Shown in pieces: positions 30,873-40,610 of a stretch of DNA of 64,000 nt (its first letter is position 1; each line of letters begins with the position of its first letter). The stretch is from assembly GCA_963768055.1 (NCBI GenBank), contig CAVYGN010000002.1, positions 608,001-672,000 of the forward strand. The letters run 5' to 3'. The stretch is from an uncultured Spirochaetota bacterium (GTDB lineage Bacteria; Spirochaetota; Brevinematia; Brevinematales; JAOACQ01). Made by a program: the position numbers and the translations under genes. The notes under the pieces were generated by a model. The model made no database searches and had not been told where the DNA came from. It worked only from the letters and a program-made list of their open reading frames with translations.

Positions 30873-31196
30873 GCATGGCTTAGCTTAAACAAAAAGGATA
30901 TTGAGTCTGACATCCAGTTACCGGCGAAGGATCGCTTCGATGTCATATTATACTTACGAGATTCTAAATTCTTTTACAATGAGCGGTTTAAACCAAATTA
31001 TGAAGGAAATCAACAATATTTATAAATTAAAGGAATTTCAGCCGATTTATGCAACGGCTGGGATGAAGCTATGCAGTAAATTATCTTTTGAACTTTAGTT
31101 AGACTACTTTTAGCTATTAGAACATCTACAGTAGTATTAAATGGGGAAAAGTCTTCTAAATCTGTAAAATCGGTGGTTCCGGACTGAAGTTCTCAA

Positions 31197-31227
31197 TAAA
31201 AAACCTCCTTCGATGTAAAGGAGGTTT
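31197..31227 (-). terminator. Intrinsic terminator downstream of tRNA-Glu
   Basis: AAACCTCCTT-cgatgta-AAGGAGGTTT stem followed by a T-run on the minus strand. Confidence 0.8.
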
Positions 31228-31230
31228 AAT

Positions 31231-31305
31231 TAGCCCTATCGGGATTCGAACCCGAGTCACCGCCGTGAGAGGGCGGTGTCCTAGACCAGGCTAGACGATA
31301 GGGCC
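31231..31305 (-). tRNA. tRNA-Glu (anticodon CTC)
   Basis: Reverse complement GGCCCTATCGTCTAGCCTGGTCTAGGACACCGCCCTCTCACGGCGGTGACTCGGGTTCGAATCCCGATAGGGCTA folds as a cloverleaf; CCA not encoded. Confidence 0.97.
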
Positions 31306-31349
31306 GTTAAAAAAGAACAAACCACACCCCCGGGGTGTGGTTCAATATG

Positions 31350-31420
31350 CTGGGGCGGAAGGAGTCGAACCCTCACAAACAGATCCAGAGTCTGTCGTCC
31401 TACCATTAGACAACGCCCCA
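31350..31420 (-). tRNA. tRNA-Gln (anticodon CTG)
   Basis: Reverse complement TGGGGCGTTGTCTAATGGTAGGACGACAGACTCTGGATCTGTTTGTGAGGGTTCGACTCCTTCCGCCCCAG; CCA not encoded. Confidence 0.97.
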
Positions 31421-31432
31421 TAGAAGAAGTAA

Positions 31433-31461
31433 ATTTTAAATTAATATCCCTCTTTCGTCAA
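31433..31461 (-). promoter_or_regulatory. Sigma70 promoter of the tRNA pair
   Basis: TTGACG-17 nt-TAAAAT on the minus strand just upstream of tRNA-Gln. Confidence 0.7.
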
Positions 31462-31588
31462 ATAATCGACGGCCCTATAAGGACGGGCAAGCAGGAAATA
31501 TTTTGTTGCTTTATCTTAAAAATGTATTATAATAGAATTAGAGGAATATTTTAGAACATATATAAAATTTCCGCAAGGAGGTTCTGGC

Positions 31589-32671
31589 ATGGACCGCAAA
31601 AGCAATAACAATATTAAACATCCGGATATTCATGAAAATGAAGATATAATTAAATTAAAACATGAAATTGAAAAATTAAAGAAGGAACTTTCAGCGGCTA
31701 ATAAAATGGTGCGCATGTTTGAAGAAGTCACTCAGCTCAATAATGAGGAATTAGTCGATAGAAATAACCTCCTGAAGGCTCATGAGACGGCTCAAAAGAT
31801 TGCAAAGCAGGAAGTCAGGGAAATAAACAAAATTAACAGACTTATTGGCGGACTGCCTGTTAAACCCAATTACAAGGCTGTAAAAGAAAAAAAATCGGCA
31901 GCCGCGCATACTTTTAATATCTTTAAAAAGGGCCATAAAAGGGAATTGACAATCCGCGAACTGCTCAATCTATTGGACGCTTATGAAAAGATCGTAGAAT
32001 TTCACAGGCAGGAAAGAATCGCCGACGAGAAGATCCTGCAGGCTTACGAGGTGCTCGACGATTATACCCGGGTGAAAATGCAGGACCTCTTCAATATAAT
32101 AAAGGCTTATGAATCCGTACAGGATTATAACAGGCATGAGAGAATCCAGGATGATAAAATAATCCAGGCATACCAGAGAGTAGAGGAAATGTCCCGCAAA
32201 GAACTATTAAATCTTGACAGGATCAATAAGGCCCATGAAGTAGTAGAAGAGCTGGCTAGAAAAGAATTGATCGAAAGAGATGAAATTAACCGAGCTCATG
32301 AGATTGTCGAAGATTTTGTACGCCAGGAACTTATCGAAATGGATAAGATAAATAAAGCTCATGAATTACTCCAGGATTTAACCCGTCAGGAGTTAATCGA
32401 TAAAGACAAAATCATCGGAGCTTATGAAATAGTTGAAGAATTGAACAGGAAAGCCTTGATTGAAGAAGACAAGATCAACAGGGCTTACGAAGTTGTCGAG
32501 GAAATGATGCAGGAAGAACTCAAGGAAAAGGATCTTTTCAATCATGCTCATGAAATAGTTGAAGAATTGCTGCGTAAAGAACTTATTGAAAAAGATAAGA
32601 TAAATATGGCCCATGAAGTAGTCGAGGAAATGGCACGGGAAGAAATGTTAAAAATGAAGCCCAGAAATTAA
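31589..32671 (+). CDS. Cytoplasmic coiled-coil protein of tandem 21-aa repeats
   Basis: AAGGAGG RBS; 2+11 repeats with consensus DKIxxA(H/Y)ExVEELxRxELIEx. Confidence 0.9.
   Translation: MDRKSNNNIKHPDIHENEDIIKLKHEIEKLKKELSAANKMVRMFEEVTQLNNEELVDRNNLLKAHETAQKIAKQEVREINKINRLIGGLPVKPNYKAVKEKKSAAAHTFNIFKKGHKRELTIRELLNLLDAYEKIVEFHRQERIADEKILQAYEVLDDYTRVKMQDLFNIIKAYESVQDYNRHERIQDDKIIQAYQRVEEMSRKELLNLDRINKAHEVVEELARKELIERDEINRAHEIVEDFVRQELIEMDKINKAHELLQDLTRQELIDKDKIIGAYEIVEELNRKALIEEDKINRAYEVVEEMMQEELKEKDLFNHAHEIVEELLRKELIEKDKINMAHEVVEEMAREEMLKMKPRN
31964..32656 (+). repeat. 11 x 63-bp degenerate coding tandem repeat
   Basis: Exact 21-codon periodicity from LNLLDAYE to DKINMAHEVVEEMAREEMLKM. Confidence 0.9.
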
Positions 32672-34938
32672 CCATCATCCCGTTTTTCAGAACCGGCTAT
32701 TAAATTAAGCGCGCTCCCGGCATTGAACCATTTGATCTGTATTTCATTATAAGTATGCTTTAGGTTTATTTCTTCCCGGCCTTTTATTCTGTGCTGTATA
32801 ACCATTAATAAATCCTTACCCGGTGAAAAGTTTTCCAACCCGAGAATATCGATAAAATCTCCTTCCCTGATCCTGTTATAATCAGAGGGATCAGCAAAAG
32901 TTAATGCAAGAATACCCTGTTTTTTCAGATTTGTTTCATGAATACGGGCAAAACTTTTCACTATAACCGCCAGGCCGCCTAAATAACGCACTTCCATAGC
33001 TGCATGCTCCCTGCTCGAACCTTCTCCATAATTTTCATCCCCGATTATTACCCAATTAATCCCCTCTTTTTTATATTCCCTTGCAACCCAGGGTATAGAC
33101 CCCTCATCTCCGGTAATTTCATTTTTCGTAATCCCGGTTTTTCCGGTAAAAGCATTGACAGCCCCTAAAAGAAGGTTGTTTGAAATATTGTCAAGATGCC
33201 CCCTGTATTTAAGCCATTCGCCTGCCATTGATATCTGGTCAGTTGTGCATTTACCTTTAATTTTAATTAAAATCGGCACATTAACGATATCTTTACCGTT
33301 CCAGGGTTTAAACTTCTGCAGAAGCTGAAGTCTTTCGCTATTTTTCCTAATAATGATCTTCTGATCATGGCCGGGTTTTGTTTTAACTATTCCAATACGA
33401 GGATTGTCATAAAAGAAATCGGGGATTTCCCTGCCTGAAGGAGGAGTTAATTTTATCTTTTCACCCTTGTTCCCGATCAATTCATCGGCAGCGGGATTAA
33501 AAGAAAGACTTCCTCCGAGTGAAAGGGCCATAACCATTTCCGGACTTGCTACAAAAGCTAATGTTTTAGGATTGCCGTCAGCTCTTTTTGAAAAATTCCT
33601 GTTGAAGGATGTAATTATTACATTTTCATCTCCCATCGGTATATCATTCCTTTTCCACATACCGATGCAGGGACCGCATGCATTTGCGAGAATGATTACG
33701 CCAAGCTTTTTAAAAACTGTAAGAATACCGTTCCTTTCCAATGTCGCCCTTACTTTCTCCGAACCGGGGCTAAGGTATAAACGCGTCTTAGGCCTCAATC
33801 CATGCTTAAGCGCCTGTCTCGCAATACCGGCGGCCCTATCCATGTCCTCGAAACTTGAATTGGTGCAACTTCCGATCAAACAGGCGCTGATTTTATCAGG
33901 GAATCCTTTTTCCCTGGAAATATCTCTCATAATGGATACCGGATTAGCGATATCGGGAGAAAAAGGACCATTCATTTGGGGTTCAAGTTTGTTAAGATCT
34001 ATCTCAATGACCCTGTCGTAATATTTTTCCGGTTCGATAAGGACCTCCGGATCTGCGCAAAGATTTTTTTTTAAAGGCTGGGCCATTAATACTTCATCAT
34101 TCCTCCCTACAGCAGTTAAATAATCGCTGATTTTATCATCATAAGGGAAAATAGATGAAGTAGCGCCCAATTCCGCTCCCATATTACAAATCGTCGCTTT
34201 ACCTGTAGCCGATAATGAAGAAACGCCTTCACCGAAGTATTCGATAATCGATCCGGTGCCGCCATTCACAGTCAGGATGCCAAGCAATTTTAAAATAATA
34301 TCTTTAGGCGAAGCCCAACCGCTTAATTTTCCTGTAAGCTTTACTCCCAGCAAAAGGGGCCATTTCAACTCCCAGGTCATACCGGCCATAACATCAACGG
34401 CATCGGCACCGCCGACTCCGATCCCCAGCATACCTGTTCCGCCAGCATTAGGAGAATGGGAATCAGTGCCGATCAAGAGCCCTGCCGGAAAAGAATAATT
34501 TTCTAAAATAAGCTGGTGAATAATTCCGGAACCGGGTTTCCAGCATTCAATTCCGTATTTAAGAGAAATACTTGAAAGGAAATCGTAGACTTCCTTATTT
34601 ATCTTTAAAGCTGCGGGAAGGTCAGTCTTTACACCGCATTCGGCAATGATCAGATGATCGCAGTGGACTGTCGCGGGTACCGCGGTTTTTTTCATTCCGG
34701 CATGGATAAACTGCAATAATGCCATCTGAGCTGTCGCATCCTGCATCGCTACTCTGTCAGGACAGAGATCGGCATAATCGATACCACGGACCAGCGGTTT
34801 AAGCGGTTTATTCGAAAGGTGGGAATAAAGGATTTTTTCAGCGTATGTAAGAGGCCTTTCAGTTATTAGCCTGGCATTTTCTATTCTTTTAATAAAACCC
34901 GAATAAAGCTTACTGATAATCTCCAAGTTCCTTTTCAT
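32668..34938 (-). CDS. acnA: Aconitate hydratase (mitochondrial-type, ~750 aa)
   Basis: DRVAMQDATAQMA, HCDH, GTDSH, IGSCTNSS, NACGPCIG, YGEGSSREHAA. Confidence 0.95.
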   Translation of the reverse strand: MKRNLEIISKLYSGFIKRIENARLITERPLTYAEKILYSHLSNKPLKPLVRGIDYADLCPDRVAMQDATAQMALLQFIHAGMKKTAVPATVHCDHLIIAECGVKTDLPAALKINKEVYDFLSSISLKYGIECWKPGSGIIHQLILENYSFPAGLLIGTDSHSPNAGGTGMLGIGVGGADAVDVMAGMTWELKWPLLLGVKLTGKLSGWASPKDIILKLLGILTVNGGTGSIIEYFGEGVSSLSATGKATICNMGAELGATSSIFPYDDKISDYLTAVGRNDEVLMAQPLKKNLCADPEVLIEPEKYYDRVIEIDLNKLEPQMNGPFSPDIANPVSIMRDISREKGFPDKISACLIGSCTNSSFEDMDRAAGIARQALKHGLRPKTRLYLSPGSEKVRATLERNGILTVFKKLGVIILANACGPCIGMWKRNDIPMGDENVIITSFNRNFSKRADGNPKTLAFVASPEMVMALSLGGSLSFNPAADELIGNKGEKIKLTPPSGREIPDFFYDNPRIGIVKTKPGHDQKIIIRKNSERLQLLQKFKPWNGKDIVNVPILIKIKGKCTTDQISMAGEWLKYRGHLDNISNNLLLGAVNAFTGKTGITKNEITGDEGSIPWVAREYKKEGINWVIIGDENYGEGSSREHAAMEVRYLGGLAVIVKSFARIHETNLKKQGILALTFADPSDYNRIREGDFIDILGLENFSPGKDLLMVIQHRIKGREEINLKHTYNEIQIKWFNAGSALNLIAGSEKRDDG

Positions 34939-34950
34939 AAATTTCTTCGC

Positions 34951-36426
34951 TCATCTTGATTTTAATGTGGGGAACAGTATCGTATCCCTTATTGAATTAG
35001 TATCGATAAATAACATTATAAGCCTGTCTATACCGATACCCATACCCCCTGTAGGAGGCATTCCGAATTCGAGGGCATTAATATAATCCTCATCCACAAA
35101 CATCGCCTCATCGTCACCCTGGGCCTTTTTCCTGGCCTGGCTAAAAAATCGATCGGCCTGGACGATGGGATCATTAAGTTCAGAAAAGGCATTACCCAAT
35201 TCCCTTCCGACGACATACGGTTCGAATCTTTCAACAAAATCAATGTCATCTTCCTTGTTTTTGGAAAGAGGGGAAATTTCAGCGGGATATTCATAGATAA
35301 TTGTTGGAGATATAAGGTTAGGCTCTACATATTCTTCAAAAAGGACATTCAATATTCCCCACTTTTCTTCATACTCTTTTATATTATCGAATCCTCGTGA
35401 AAGCGCTAATTCAAGGGCGTCTTTCTGGTCCCTTATATCTTTAACATTAATATTGGCAATATTTTTCAGGGCGTCAACATATTTTATCTTTTCCCACTTC
35501 GAGAAATCAAGGCTCATGCCCTGATATTCAAAAACAGGTCCGCCTTTTATCGTAACAGCCAGTTTCATCATTAATTCTTCAAACAAGGAAATCATATCCC
35601 GGTAATCCGCATAAGCCTGATATAGTTCCAGCATAGTAAATTCTGGATTATGCCGCGTATCAATCCCTTCGTTCCTGAAATTCCGGTTAAGTTCAAAAAC
35701 CTTTTCAAACCCTCCTACAATAAGTCTTTTAAGATATAACTCAGGAGCTATTCTGAGGAAGAGGTCCATATCCAGGGCATTATGATGTGTAATAAAGGGT
35801 TTCGCGGCCGCTCCTCCGGGGATTGTCTGCATCATTGGGGTTTCAACTTCAAGAAAACCCTTTTCAGTAAGTATCTGCCTCAAACAGGAAATAATTTTGA
35901 AACGGGTAAAAAAATCGGATTTAACCTTGTCATTTACAATTAAATCAAGGTATCTCTGCCTGTACCTGACCTCGACATCAGTAAGGCCATGCCATTTTTC
36001 AGGTAAAGCGTTGAGAGATTTTGCAAGTATTTTGAAATCTTCAACAATGACAGTAATCTCCCCTTTATGAGTTTTAAATACTTTTCCCTTTACACCTATC
36101 ATATCCCCCGGGTCTACAAGTTTAAATAGCGAAAACTTTTTATCTCCAAGAATATCCTGGCGGGCATAAATCTGGATCTGTCCCTTCCCATCTTTAACAG
36201 TTGCAAATACGGCTTTGCCGAAATCCCTGAGAAGCATTACTCTGCCGGCAATATCCGTCTTAAATTCAGCCTCGTTATTTTCAATAAAATTTTTTTTAAT
36301 ATCTTCTGAATAGCTCTCAGCCCTATAGAAATTAGGGTATGGATTAACATTAGCTTCTTTTAAAGCCATTAATTTTTTTAGACGGCTTTCCCTTTCATCC
36401 GTTATGTTTATATTTGATGAATCCAT
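34951..36426 (-). CDS. lysS: Lysine--tRNA ligase (class II)
   Basis: YRQRYLDL, LRIAPELYLKRL, FRNEG, GMPPTGGMGIGIDRL. Confidence 0.98.
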   Translation of the reverse strand: MDSSNINITDERESRLKKLMALKEANVNPYPNFYRAESYSEDIKKNFIENNEAEFKTDIAGRVMLLRDFGKAVFATVKDGKGQIQIYARQDILGDKKFSLFKLVDPGDMIGVKGKVFKTHKGEITVIVEDFKILAKSLNALPEKWHGLTDVEVRYRQRYLDLIVNDKVKSDFFTRFKIISCLRQILTEKGFLEVETPMMQTIPGGAAAKPFITHHNALDMDLFLRIAPELYLKRLIVGGFEKVFELNRNFRNEGIDTRHNPEFTMLELYQAYADYRDMISLFEELMMKLAVTIKGGPVFEYQGMSLDFSKWEKIKYVDALKNIANINVKDIRDQKDALELALSRGFDNIKEYEEKWGILNVLFEEYVEPNLISPTIIYEYPAEISPLSKNKEDDIDFVERFEPYVVGRELGNAFSELNDPIVQADRFFSQARKKAQGDDEAMFVDEDYINALEFGMPPTGGMGIGIDRLIMLFIDTNSIRDTILFPTLKSR

Positions 36427-36490
36427 AGGAACTCCTTATATCAAGTTACAATCAGTATAAGGAAAAGAAGCTTAATAATCAAGGAGAGCC

Positions 36491-37204
36491 TTATTTTGTT
36501 CCGCTGCCATCATCCTGAATTTTTTTCACTATCCGGGCTGTTACAAGCAGGTTGTTTGGCCCGTCGATTTTTACCAATTTAGGCAAATTCAGAGGAACTG
36601 ATTGAGTAATATCATTCGTGGCGCCTTCAATCGAAAGAGGGATTGTCTCAATATAATTGTACTGGGTAAGGATTGAAACCGGCCCGGTTATCGTGACCAT
36701 CCTTCTATCGGCAGGCAGCAAAATGTCATCAAGGATATAACCATCACCTGGATTACCGGTCGTGATAGGCTGAATAAATACAATTTTAGATGAGATTCTA
36801 TCAATTTTCAATTTTACCCTATCCTGTAAAGGAGTGAATATGATATCCGGCTGGGGCTCGGAAAGCTGAATCTCAAGCATATAATAGTTCACACCTGGAG
36901 CCGCTTTTTCCAGATCTACTATGAAATGCACCATTTTATCAAAATCAAGATTCTTGATCTTTTCTTTAAGACCCCTTACTTTGACATGAACTATCGTATC
37001 ATAAATTTCTATTATCTCATAATCTTTTGGAAGATTTTTATAATTGATCGGCGATGAAAATGTAAGTTCTTCATATTCCGGGAAATTAACCCAATACCAA
37101 AGGATGGCGGCCGCAATCAAAGAGATCAACTTTTTCTGCCAATCCACGACAAAAAACCCGATGAACTTATTCCGCTTCGACCATTTCATTGATTCTCCTG
37201 ACAA
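36491..37204 (-). CDS. cdaR: CdaR/YbbR-like regulator of diadenylate cyclase
   Basis: KLISLIAAAILWYWV TM followed by YbbR-type domains; overlaps cdaA. Confidence 0.85.
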   Translation of the reverse strand: MSGESMKWSKRNKFIGFFVVDWQKKLISLIAAAILWYWVNFPEYEELTFSSPINYKNLPKDYEIIEIYDTIVHVKVRGLKEKIKNLDFDKMVHFIVDLEKAAPGVNYYMLEIQLSEPQPDIIFTPLQDRVKLKIDRISSKIVFIQPITTGNPGDGYILDDILLPADRRMVTITGPVSILTQYNYIETIPLSIEGATNDITQSVPLNLPKLVKIDGPNNLLVTARIVKKIQDDGSGTK

Positions 37205-37943
37205 AATATTCCTCAGATAACTCGGTTTCTATTTTTCCTTTATAGGCGATTGATATTGAACCGCTTTCTTCGGAAACTATGATACTAAGAGCATCACTAT
37301 CGGAAGTCACTGAAATTCCGGCAAGATGCCTCGTACCTAAACCTGTTCTTTTTTTTGGGTGGGCGTCAATTTTAACCGAAGGAATGATAATCCTGGCGGC
37401 GCGAATCTTTTCGCCTGTAATCAATACAGCTCCGTCATGCAGAATTCCGCCTTTATGAAAAATAGAGATCAGCAGTTCTGCTTTAACCGCGGCATCAAGC
37501 GGGATAGATTCTTCCAGAAGCTGTTTTAAACCCACTTTCTTCTCTATGATTATTAGGCCCCCTGTTTTTGTTTGAGACATTATTGTTATCGCTTTTGTTA
37601 TTTCATTCATAGTTTCCGCTGACATTCCTCTCAAGCCTGATAAACCGCTCTGCCCGACCCGGGTCAGGAATTTCCTGATTTCGGGTTGAAAAAGAACTAC
37701 AATCATAATAACAATATAGGGCAACAGATAATTTATTATCCATTCAACCGTTTTTAATTCAATAAAATGAGCAATCGCATATAGAACAATGACAGCAATG
37801 AAACCTTTTATTATACTTATTGAATTCGTATCCTCAAAAAGCTTATAAATAAAATAGAAAAGATAGGCCACACAAACTATATCCACAATGCTGAGAAAGA
37901 TCTTAACCCAGAGAGAGAAATCTGTTCGGAATAAGGCTTCCAT
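37167..37943 (-). CDS. cdaA: Diadenylate cyclase
   Basis: Three N-terminal TMs, FQPEIR, LHDGA, GTRHLA, VSEESG. Confidence 0.93.
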   Translation of the reverse strand: MEALFRTDFSLWVKIFLSIVDIVCVAYLFYFIYKLFEDTNSISIIKGFIAVIVLYAIAHFIELKTVEWIINYLLPYIVIMIVVLFQPEIRKFLTRVGQSGLSGLRGMSAETMNEITKAITIMSQTKTGGLIIIEKKVGLKQLLEESIPLDAAVKAELLISIFHKGGILHDGAVLITGEKIRAARIIIPSVKIDAHPKKRTGLGTRHLAGISVTSDSDALSIIVSEESGSISIAYKGKIETELSEEYFVRRINEMVEAE

Positions 37944-37962
37944 ATTATTTCCTAAAAATAGT

Positions 37963-38814
37963 TTACCAGACTGCCGCTGATAGATATCCTACAACCCTTT
38001 CATAATCATTCGAGGTTTCACCTGAATTTTTATAAACAAGCACCTTAATTTTAGTTCGATTAAATAATCTCGCCAATTCAAGAACGACAGCTATGGGCCC
38101 TATACCGCATGCCTCCAATTTTCCTTCTTTCGATTCTTCTAATAATTTTTTTGCATCCATCCTGGAAAGTGTCGTTATTAATTCATTATCCATAGACCTT
38201 GCTTCTTCGTCCGAATGATAATGCGACAGGTCAGTGGATATCACAAATAGAAAATGTTTATCGTAATTTTTAAATACTTCATATAATGTTTCGGCAGCTT
38301 CCAGTGCGTTCTTATACGACTGTTCTCCCATCAGGATGGGTACAATTTGAAAATCATTGGTTAAGATTGATTGCAGAAAAGGGAGCTGAACCTCAAGGCT
38401 ATGCTCTTTTATATGAGCCGTGTTTATATAATCAAAAAAAGAATTGCTTTTCTTTACAAGTTGATTTAACAAATCCTGATCAAGATTTATCTTGCCCAAA
38501 GGAGTTTCAAAGCATTTATAATAGGGGAGTGCAAATCCTTCAAAATAAGTGAAATGACTCGGCCCTATCAACACAATTGTATCGTATTCTTTCTGCTTTA
38601 AAAGAGAATAAGAATATGCCGCAACCTGGCCTGAATAGATATAACCCGCGTGAGGTACGATAATGCTGAAAATATTATCAAACGCATTTTTTTTAAAAAA
38701 ATCGGTACTATCGGCCGGAACGTTGGAAATGAACTGATTAATCATTCTTTTCAGGTTAATAGTATCATCAGGATAGAACATACTGGCAACAGCCGGTTTT
38801 CTAATTTCCTCCAT
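37963..38814 (-). CDS. amrB: AmmeMemoRadiSam system protein B (MEMO1 family)
   Basis: IRKPAVASMFYP, PHAGYIYSG, GPSH, EHSLEVQLPFLQ, STDLSHY, ACG, VVGY. Confidence 0.93.
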   Translation of the reverse strand: MEEIRKPAVASMFYPDDTINLKRMINQFISNVPADSTDFFKKNAFDNIFSIIVPHAGYIYSGQVAAYSYSLLKQKEYDTIVLIGPSHFTYFEGFALPYYKCFETPLGKINLDQDLLNQLVKKSNSFFDYINTAHIKEHSLEVQLPFLQSILTNDFQIVPILMGEQSYKNALEAAETLYEVFKNYDKHFLFVISTDLSHYHSDEEARSMDNELITTLSRMDAKKLLEESKEGKLEACGIGPIAVVLELARLFNRTKIKVLVYKNSGETSNDYERVVGYLSAAVW

Positions 38815-38924
38815 ACTACCTCCTTCAAGGATCGCCTGGAAACTAAATATTTAATAATTATTATAATAAAGTATAATGAAAATGAATTCAATAAGCATCA
38901 ATAATAATAATTTTATTTGTTATA

Positions 38925-39977
38925 TCAATAAATAAACATTGCGTCCCCATAACTCAAAAAACAATATTTGTTAAGAATCGCATGATCATAGGATTTCCTG
39001 ATCAGCTCCTTTCCTCCAAAAGATAAAATGAGTAATAACAGCGAAGATTTCGGTATGTGAAAATTCGTAATAAGCGCATTTGTTACTTTGAAATTGAATT
39101 CATTTCTTATAAATAAACCGGTTGTACCTTTAAAGGATTTCCAGAGAGTATAATCACCATATGGCAATGCCATTGTCTCTAAAGCCCTTACAACAGTAGT
39201 ACCAACGGCAATTATCCTCCCCCCCGACCTTCTTGTTTTTTGAAGAATATTGATTGTTTCATCAGGAACTTCCATAAACTCCTTATGGATCCTGTAATCA
39301 TCTATAATTTCAGTATCAATAGGCTTAAAGGTTCCCGGCCCCACATGCAGAGTGATATAAACCACCTCAATACCCCTGTTTTTCAGATTTTTAAGCAGAT
39401 CGTTTGTAAAATGCAGGGAAGCAGTCGGAGCAGCCACGGAACCATAGTACTTTGCGACCAAGCTCTGGTATCTTAATTCATCTTCTTTTGAATAAATGCT
39501 TTCTGAATTCTTTTTTCTTTTTTTTATTATGTATGGAGGGAGAGGAACTTCACCAATATTGTTAATTTGTTCAAACGTTTGCGGTTCCAAAAAGCGAATT
39601 ATCCGCATATCTTCAAATTTTTCAAGAATTTCAGCCTCTACATCTTTAAAATGGACATTAGTACCTTCTTCAATCTTTTTCGAGTTTTTGACCATTGCCA
39701 GCCAACGCATATCATCCACATGCTCTACCAGAAGAATCTCGACAACTTTATCTTCCCGGGTTCTACCGTAGAGCCGCGCTTTAAAAACCTTTGTGTTATT
39801 CATTACCAGACAGTCGCCGGGTTTGATCATGTTCTCAATTTGCTGAAATTTAGAATCGATAATACTTTTTTCTTTTCTTGACACCAGCAGTAATCTCGAA
39901 CCGCCTATTTCAGAGGAAGGATGTGTTGCTATCAAATCTTCCGGCAATTTATAATTAATATCATTTAAGGTGATCAT
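38925..39977 (-). CDS. queA: S-adenosylmethionine:tRNA ribosyltransferase-isomerase
   Basis: PLPPYI, GSVAAPTASLHF, LHVGPGTF, AVGTT, TNFH, SYGDAM. Confidence 0.96.
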   Translation of the reverse strand: MITLNDINYKLPEDLIATHPSSEIGGSRLLLVSRKEKSIIDSKFQQIENMIKPGDCLVMNNTKVFKARLYGRTREDKVVEILLVEHVDDMRWLAMVKNSKKIEEGTNVHFKDVEAEILEKFEDMRIIRFLEPQTFEQINNIGEVPLPPYIIKKRKKNSESIYSKEDELRYQSLVAKYYGSVAAPTASLHFTNDLLKNLKNRGIEVVYITLHVGPGTFKPIDTEIIDDYRIHKEFMEVPDETINILQKTRRSGGRIIAVGTTVVRALETMALPYGDYTLWKSFKGTTGLFIRNEFNFKVTNALITNFHIPKSSLLLLILSFGGKELIRKSYDHAILNKYCFLSYGDAMFIY

Positions 39978-40610
39978 TTATAGTTCTTTTAATATTTCAG
40001 GATATATAGTTTTTATGAATTCTCCCAGTTGAAATGGAAGACCATGTCCAGGATAAACAGTGGTTTCAGAAGGCAATAAAATAACCTTTTTAAGCGATTG
40101 CTTCATTTGTTCAATACTGCCGGAAGTCGAATCCATCCTTCCTATTGAATCCCGGAAAATAAAATCGCCTGAGAACAGCATTTTGTTTTCTTTTTGATAT
40201 AAAGCTATTCCTCCCGAAGTGTGGCCAGGGTAATAAATTATTGAAAATACATCATTTCCTAACGCCAATGTTTCGGTTTCAGATTCAATCAATAAGTCAG
40301 GAGGAGGAGAAATGACAGGAATGCTGAAGACTGTCGATAAATTCAAATCAGGATCGGCCAGCATCGATGCGTCCTCTTTACTTGTAACTATCTTTGCGTC
40401 CGTTTCTTCCTTAAAATAGGAATTACCTGTTATATGATCGAAATGACCATGAGTATTAATAATATAGAGGACATTAAGATTACGAACCGCCGCCTTTAAT
40501 TCATCTGAATCATCGATAGGATCAACGATCAAAGCTTTATTACTGCCACTGCTTTGAATCAAATAACAATTTGTATAATATTTTTCAGTGAAATAACGAT
40601 TTACAATCAT
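39978..40610 (-). CDS. MBL-fold metallo-hydrolase (glyoxalase II-like)
   Basis: THGHFDH, PGHT, FSGD, PGHG. Confidence 0.93.
   Translation of the reverse strand: MIVNRYFTEKYYTNCYLIQSSGSNKALIVDPIDDSDELKAAVRNLNVLYIINTHGHFDHITGNSYFKEETDAKIVTSKEDASMLADPDLNLSTVFSIPVISPPPDLLIESETETLALGNDVFSIIYYPGHTSGGIALYQKENKMLFSGDFIFRDSIGRMDSTSGSIEQMKQSLKKVILLPSETTVYPGHGLPFQLGEFIKTIYPEILKEL

Noticed and set aside
30873..31098. Open frame continuing in-frame after the 30872 TAA, and ORF 30901-31098
   Set aside because: TAA read-through is unlikely, the upstream protein ends plausibly, and there is no RBS or recognisable motif; probably decayed sequence
31964..32656. 63-bp periodicity as a possible CRISPR or DNA-level repeat array
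   Set aside because: No identical repeats with unique spacers; conservation is at amino-acid level within one ORF; no cas genes
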